IMG/VR virus record: IMGVR_UViG_3300044899_000002
Span: 1-55,859 of that record
Reading direction: 5' to 3' (one strand)
DNA length: 55,859 nucleotides
From: a virus
Taxonomy: Duplodnaviria > Caudoviricetes
The position numbers and the translations under genes were made by a program. Positions 50,408 through 55,859 of the stretch are shown in pieces (within the stretch, counting starts at the first letter, position 1; each line of letters opens with the position of its first letter). The notes under the pieces were generated by a model. The model was not told the DNA's origin. It did no database searches and worked only from the letters and a program-made list of their open reading frames with translations.

Positions 50408-50886
50408 CCCAGCACCACCCCGTCGGCAGACGCGGCGGCGCGGAACAGCGCCTCCAGGTCCGAGTACCCGAACAGCTTTAGCTGGTTGGCCGTGATGGTG
50501 TCCTCGGTGTTGGCCTGGAGCATGGCAATCAGCCCCCGATAGGACGCCACCCGCGTGGGGTTCAGCCAACCCTCGGGCCGGGCGACGTTGTTGCGCACGT
50601 CGCGGTCGTCGGGCACGTTCACGTACATGTTGCGCAGGTAATCGTGGTCCCCGGTGACGGCGCGGAACCGGCGCGCGTCGTCCGCCGTCGGTTGCTTGCC
50701 GGACTTGAGGAACTTGGTCAGCTCGTCGCGCAGCGCGCGGAGCATCGGCAATTTGTCCTGGTCGGCCACGATGCCGTCGCGGTACTTGGCGGCGTCCTCC
50801 TGGAACCGGATGTCAGCGGCGTCGTGCGCCTTGAGGGCGGACTGGGCGGCGCTGATCAGGGCGGACTTGTTGAACGTGATGGACAT
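50404..50886 (-). CDS. Hypothetical protein (MSITFNKS...)
   Basis: CACAACCAC-AGGAG before the ATG; 160 aa. Confidence 0.8.
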   Translation of the reverse strand: MSITFNKSALISAAQSALKAHDAADIRFQEDAAKYRDGIVADQDKLPMLRALRDELTKFLKSGKQPTADDARRFRAVTGDHDYLRNMYVNVPDDRDVRNNVARPEGWLNPTRVASYRGLIAMLQANTEDTITANQLKLFGYSDLEALFRAAASADGVVLG

Positions 50887-50950
50887 GGGTGTCTCCTGTG
50901 GTTGTGTTCTCTTGCGTTGCGCGTGGAGGTATGCGCGCCCCACCTGGTGC

Positions 50951-53770
50951 TTAGTCGCTGTCGGTCACCTCGGCAGCGGCGGCGGCGCGGGCCATCTCGT
51001 TGGTCACCGTCGGGTCGGGGATGTACCGGGACCCCGAGGCCGTGCCGGTCAGCGTCACGATGATGCCGTAACGCAGGCCACGGTCCACCGCCAGGCCAAT
51101 GGTCTGTTTCCAGTACGCCGAGGTGTCGCTGCGACTCTTGGCGTAGGCGTCGGGCCGGATGGCCGCGACCAGCTCGGCGCGCGTTGCGCCCTGCTGGGGC
51201 AGGTCGTCCAAGTAGCGGCGCACCATGATGGCCACCTCCACGATGGGCGTGGGCAGCGGACGGGCCAGCACGATGTCCCCTTGCATCGGGTCCACGTCAC
51301 CGTTGGGGCCGGTGATGATGGGCGCGTTAATGTCGTTGCCGGGCCAGTTCAGCATCCGCAGCGGGATGGCGTCGTCAAGCTGCTCGGCGTTCTTTTGCTT
51401 GGTCGTCCACACCTCGATGGCCTTGCCGTTGATGTGGCCATCGGCGTCGGTGATGTCGGTGGTGTCCCACGTCGCGTGCCTGATCAGCAGCTCGCTGTCC
51501 AGGGCACCGTTGAGGGCCGAGCTACCGCGCCCCACCGAGGGGTCGTGCTTGCCGGTGTGGTGGACCACGCAGACGCCCGCGTTGGTAAGCGCCTTGAGCT
51601 TGTCGAACCGGCGCACCGCGATGCCGACATCGGTGGCGCTGTTCTCCTCCAGCCCCGAGGACATGCGGGCGAACGTGTCGAAGATGACCAGGCCGATGCC
51701 CTTGCGCGCGATGTAGGCGGCGATCTCGCCCCACGCCTCGTTCTCGGCCTTGACCAGGATGATGCTGTCACCCAGCAGCAGGTCGTCCGAGAGGTCGATG
51801 CCGTGCGCATCCTCCCACGCACGCAACCGCTGCACCGCACCCGACAGCCCCTCACCGGGGAGGTAGAGCACCGGGGTTTTCAGCGTCCGGCGACCTTGCC
51901 AGGACTTGCCGGTGGCGATGTGGCAGGCCATGTCCAGCACCACGGTGGACTTGCCCAGCCCCGGCGGGCCGACGATGCACGACAGGCCACCGTGCTCAAT
52001 CAACCCGTCGATGATGTACTCGGGCGGCGGCATGTGACGCCAGTGCGAGAACGGCGCGATGCGGGGCACGCCCGCGTGCTCGCTGTCGAACACGTCGGGG
52101 TCGGGGTCCTCCACCCGGTCGGGGTACGGACTGTCCGCAGGCGGCGGCGTGCTGGCCCCGGCGTCGGCCTTGCCGAAATCGGCGGGCAGCCCGGCCAGCA
52201 GCTCGTCGGGGGTAGCCGCTGGCGGGGTAGGTGCTGGCGGTGGGTCCCCGTACTCGGCGGCGCTGTCCATCGGCGCGTCGTCGGCGCTGGTGGGCTGGAG
52301 GTCGGACCCGTCGGCGCGGTGGCCCTCGGGGTCGTCCTCGTCGGCGCGGTGCCACACGATGCCCCCGGCCACCTGGAACTCGCCGGACCCGGTGTTGCAC
52401 ACCTGGCAGACCAGCAGCGGCGGGGCGTCCTCCTCGGTGACCGGCAGCGAGAAATCGCCGTCAGTCTTGGCGATGTCCTCCACCCCGGCGTGCGGGTTGA
52501 TGTCGGGGTCCACGCTGACCACGGGCGTGATGCCCATGTCATCCATCGCCTCGCCCACGTTGCCCTTGTAGCTGATGGCGGCGACGGCCTGGAGTTTCGA
52601 GAACGTCGCCGACCAGCCCGGCGTCCCGATCTTGTCGGTAAACGGCGGGGCGTCGTGGTCGGTCCACAGGTGGAGAGGCGCGTTCGTCTCGGTGTAGCGC
52701 CCGAGCGAGCAACCGGGATCGTGCGCGGTGGCCGACTTGGGACTGGCGTGCTCGCCCGGCGCGGTCCAGACGGCGCACCCGCAGGCGTCGGCGCGCGGTG
52801 CCGGGACCCACCCGAGGGGTTCCAGGATGGACGCCCATGAGACGTTCGCCGCCCACTGGTCCACCAGGTCGGCCAGGCTGCCGTCCTCGTTGCCGTCGGT
52901 GTTGTCGCGGGCGCGGACAATGCGGTGCTCGCCCGCCTTGATGATCTCGTCCGCCAGCCAGGGCGGCAGCTCGTAGACGTGGCCAAGCTGCTCGTAGGCA
53001 CCCTCGGGCCGGGTGCTCGGCGGGATGAGGACATACCGGCGGTCCCACAGGACGGCGAACCCGTTGTCACCGCCCCACGTCATCGCCCCGAGGTGGCGCG
53101 GCAGCACCGGCATCAGCTCGTCGGGCACCGTGAAATAGAAATGCCCGCCGTCGCTGTGCGACCAGGTGGACGGGTCCTCGGGGTTGGCCCCCTTGCCCAT
53201 GTGGCCCGGCGTCAGCACCGTCGGCGCGGGCAGCTCGGGGTCGTCGGGGTCCAGCTCGTTGGCCTCGAACCAGCGGCGCACCTGTGCGGCGGTGTCGCAG
53301 TCGATGACGACGAGGGCGGACCCGCCGACCTCCACCGCGAGGTTGACCGCCACAGGGGTGGTCATCACGATCTCGTTGGCGTCGTGGCGTTTCTTGTTGT
53401 AGACCACCGGCTCACCGACCGGCAGCCCCTCCTCGTCCACCGCGTGCCACTCGCTGAACAGCTCCACGTACCTCTTGAGGTAGCGGTCCAGGGTCGGCTT
53501 GTCCGAGGTGGCCAGCGCCAGCCCGCCTGCCGACTTGATGGCCCGCCAGTCCTTGCGCCCGGCGTCACGCGCCGCCTCCTGTGCGGCCTTGTCGTCCTTG
53601 TTGCGGGCGACGGTGGTGCGCAGGTCGGCGGGCACCTTGCTGTTCGGGAGGATGAACAGCAGCGACAGCCCGAGGTCGGCGGCGGCGCGGACGAACGAGC
53701 GCACGGCCTCATGGTCGGTGTTGTCGATGCCGGACCCCAGTACGGCCTCCAGCGGTTTTGCGCCCAGCAT
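50951..53770 (-). CDS. DNA primase/polymerase-helicase fusion
   Basis: N-terminal prim-pol motifs (LVVIDCD, GGHFYF, YVLIPPS); C-terminal AAA/RecA-like motifs (GPPGLGKS, YLPGEG, IFDT, VVHH, RGSSAL). Confidence 0.9.
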   Translation of the reverse strand: MLGAKPLEAVLGSGIDNTDHEAVRSFVRAAADLGLSLLFILPNSKVPADLRTTVARNKDDKAAQEAARDAGRKDWRAIKSAGGLALATSDKPTLDRYLKRYVELFSEWHAVDEEGLPVGEPVVYNKKRHDANEIVMTTPVAVNLAVEVGGSALVVIDCDTAAQVRRWFEANELDPDDPELPAPTVLTPGHMGKGANPEDPSTWSHSDGGHFYFTVPDELMPVLPRHLGAMTWGGDNGFAVLWDRRYVLIPPSTRPEGAYEQLGHVYELPPWLADEIIKAGEHRIVRARDNTDGNEDGSLADLVDQWAANVSWASILEPLGWVPAPRADACGCAVWTAPGEHASPKSATAHDPGCSLGRYTETNAPLHLWTDHDAPPFTDKIGTPGWSATFSKLQAVAAISYKGNVGEAMDDMGITPVVSVDPDINPHAGVEDIAKTDGDFSLPVTEEDAPPLLVCQVCNTGSGEFQVAGGIVWHRADEDDPEGHRADGSDLQPTSADDAPMDSAAEYGDPPPAPTPPAATPDELLAGLPADFGKADAGASTPPPADSPYPDRVEDPDPDVFDSEHAGVPRIAPFSHWRHMPPPEYIIDGLIEHGGLSCIVGPPGLGKSTVVLDMACHIATGKSWQGRRTLKTPVLYLPGEGLSGAVQRLRAWEDAHGIDLSDDLLLGDSIILVKAENEAWGEIAAYIARKGIGLVIFDTFARMSSGLEENSATDVGIAVRRFDKLKALTNAGVCVVHHTGKHDPSVGRGSSALNGALDSELLIRHATWDTTDITDADGHINGKAIEVWTTKQKNAEQLDDAIPLRMLNWPGNDINAPIITGPNGDVDPMQGDIVLARPLPTPIVEVAIMVRRYLDDLPQQGATRAELVAAIRPDAYAKSRSDTSAYWKQTIGLAVDRGLRYGIIVTLTGTASGSRYIPDPTVTNEMARAAAAAEVTDSD

Positions 53771-53771
53771 G

Positions 53772-54512
53772 TCAGTTCTCCTCGGTGGTCGTGGTGTCCG
53801 CGCGGCGGCGGTTGATGCCCGCGCCCAGCGCGAGGTAGGCGGTGGCGTCCACCCATGAGTCGTCATGGGTGGGGGTGTTGTTGAGGCGGGCCACCTTGAT
53901 CAGTGCCGAGCAGATGGCAACCTGTTCGGCGCTGACGGGGTGCCCGAACACGACGGCCCACAGGTTGCCGATGTCCTCGAAATTGTCGGTGGCGTCCCCG
54001 TAGTCGGCGTTGCGGTCCCCGGTGAACAGGGCCACGGCCTGCTCGGCGACCTCGCGGGCATAGTCGCCGGTCGGGCGCGGTGGGACCTCGAACCGAATGC
54101 CGCCCCGCTGGATGAATCCCTGGAGGGTGGCCCCGTGCTCGTCCTCGGTCATCGAGAACGGGCCGACCGATGCGGTGGTGTCGGTCACCGGGTCCACGCG
54201 GGGCATGGTGTACCCCACGGTGTCGGGGTGGTCGGGGTCGGTCCAGGCCGGGTGGATGCCCTCGGTGGGCACCTCGGCGTCCACCAGGGGGGACACGGTG
54301 TCGGCGGTGGTCCGGCCCTCGTTGCACGGGTGGCCGTCGCTGTGGGTGTGCGGCAACACCTGGCCCGAGGGCAGCGATGGGCACGGGGACGGCGGCGTCA
54401 TGTCGAACGGGCCGTTGATGTCGGCGGCGGTGCCGCGTCGGTTGTGGTGCTGACTATCGGCGGCGCGCTTGACGGCCTCGATGTCGGCGGCGATGTTGCT
54501 GCCTTGGGGCAT
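53772..54512 (-). CDS. Hypothetical protein with a C-terminal DUF6378-like domain
   Basis: GDRNADYGDATDNF...LW...KVARL...HDDSWVDATAY. Confidence 0.75.
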   Translation of the reverse strand: MPQGSNIAADIEAVKRAADSQHHNRRGTAADINGPFDMTPPSPCPSLPSGQVLPHTHSDGHPCNEGRTTADTVSPLVDAEVPTEGIHPAWTDPDHPDTVGYTMPRVDPVTDTTASVGPFSMTEDEHGATLQGFIQRGGIRFEVPPRPTGDYAREVAEQAVALFTGDRNADYGDATDNFEDIGNLWAVVFGHPVSAEQVAICSALIKVARLNNTPTHDDSWVDATAYLALGAGINRRRADTTTTEEN

Positions 54513-54622
54513 TGTGGTCCTGTTCGTGGTTGTGGTTGTGGGACAAGACTGGCCAGCCTAAACCCTTGCGGGGCAACTGATTACCAGCCACTAGATGTAG
54601 TGGTGGGGTCGCGCGTCGGGCG

Positions 54623-55858
54623 CTATACCTTGGCCCAAGCGTGCCCCATATCTGCTCGGTCGGTGCGCAGCACCGGGGTGCGCTTGGCCCACGCCGAGAG
54701 GAACGGCGGCGGCGTCAGCATGATCTCCTGGACGGCCTCGGCCACCTCGGTGTCCACCACCACCTCGTCGTGCATGGCGAGCTGTAGGTGGTTGCTCAAC
54801 CCCTGGCGGTCCATCTCCACGATTGTGTGCGCGAGGATGTCATAGGCGGACCCCTGGATGGTGTAGTTGACCGACTTGAACACCCCGCCCTCGTCCACCG
54901 GGAGGATGCGCCCGCCGACGGTGATGGTGCGCCCGTGCATGTAGCTGACCTCCTGCACTCGGGCCATCCACGCCTCGCACTTTTTCATCGCCTCGAACAT
55001 CTGCCGCCTGATCTGGGCGGCGGACTCCTCGGTGTGGCCGATGGTCGCGGCGAGCTTGGCGATGCCGGACCCGTACATCGTGGACAACAGCACCACCTTG
55101 GCGGTGTCGCGGTCGCATCCACACGACCGCATGATGGGGCCGTAAAGGTCCTCACCGGCCTCGTAGGCGGCGAGGAAATCCAGGTCCCCGGCCATGTTCG
55201 CCATCGTGACGGGTTCGATCTGGGACCAGTCGATGGACGTTAGCCCCTGGCCGTCGTCGCACAGCACCGCCCGCGCTGGCTTGGGGAACTGTTGCAGCTC
55301 GGGGGACCCGTAGCTCATCCGCCCGGTCGCCGACGCCCCGAGGGTGGCCACCTGCGGGTGACACCGCCCCGTGACGCTGGCCTGGCGGTCCACCTTTTCG
55401 AGGTAGCCCATGACCTTTTCGATGGTGGCGAGCTTGCGCTGGGACGCGGCCAGGCTGTTCACCTCGGCGAGGGCGTCCAGGTCGGCCTTGGTCGCCCGCA
55501 GGTTGCCCGTCGGCGTGCGCGGCCACGGCTGGGGCAGCTCACCGCGCTCGGCGAGGTACTTGACCAGTGCCGCCGCCTTGCCGGTGCCACCCTCCAGGCC
55601 GTGGACGGCCAGCTCGGCAACGGCCAGGTTGCGCTCCACGTCCACCTCCTCCTGGTACTGGGTGAGGTAGTCCCGGTTGACGTTGAGGCCGACCGCCGAC
55701 CGGCGCAGCATCACGCGGTGGACCGTCTCTTGCTCGCCGAGCTTGTCCAGCGCCTCGCCCCGCGTGCTGGCGGCGGCGTAGGTGTTCGAGAACGGATGGT
55801 CCAGGGTCCAGGCCACCGCCATCTCGCGCATCACCGGCTCAAGGCGCAGCGTGGCCAC
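54623..55858 (-). CDS. polA: DNA polymerase family A (5' end outside the window)
   Basis: TGRMS, motif A DWSQIEP, motif B RDTAK...MYG, NYTIQGSA, motif C MHDE. Confidence 0.95.
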   Translation of the reverse strand: MATLRLEPVMREMAVAWTLDHPFSNTYAAASTRGEALDKLGEQETVHRVMLRRSAVGLNVNRDYLTQYQEEVDVERNLAVAELAVHGLEGGTGKAAALVKYLAERGELPQPWPRTPTGNLRATKADLDALAEVNSLAASQRKLATIEKVMGYLEKVDRQASVTGRCHPQVATLGASATGRMSYGSPELQQFPKPARAVLCDDGQGLTSIDWSQIEPVTMANMAGDLDFLAAYEAGEDLYGPIMRSCGCDRDTAKVVLLSTMYGSGIAKLAATIGHTEESAAQIRRQMFEAMKKCEAWMARVQEVSYMHGRTITVGGRILPVDEGGVFKSVNYTIQGSAYDILAHTIVEMDRQGLSNHLQLAMHDEVVVDTEVAEAVQEIMLTPPPFLSAWAKRTPVLRTDRADMGHAWAKV

Positions 55859-55859
55859 G

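Overview
The window is about 56 kb of a very GC-rich actinobacteriophage genome. Gene order and content match the mycobacteriophage cluster B type (siphovirus; no integrase is seen in the window). Bases 1-5.3 kb hold an array of small leftward accessory genes. A rightward virion module follows: P-loop kinase, terminase, an antisense RuvC, portal, MuF-protease fusion, two capsid proteins, decoration protein, membrane proteins, tail tube, head-tail genes, chaperone, a 2055-aa tape measure and minor tail proteins. Then come two HTH genes, a lysA-holin-lysB cassette and a leftward replication module (Cas4-like nuclease, SF2 helicase, primase/helicase, partial family A polymerase). Five non-obvious signals stand out. 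(1) A ~55-bp cassette (SigA-type promoter, GGCGGG-N5-CCCGCC palindrome, RBS) is repeated ten times in front of small leftward genes, including one inserted antisense in the head operon. (2) A 73-nt tRNA-like element has alanine identity elements (G3-U70, A73) but no canonical anticodon arm. (3) A probable -1 frameshifting chaperone pair lies downstream of the minor tail genes. (4) A 15-aa motif is shared by the protease fusion and the major capsid protein. (5) Many genes have leaderless-type promoters. All functional calls rest on motifs and synteny; no database searches were run.
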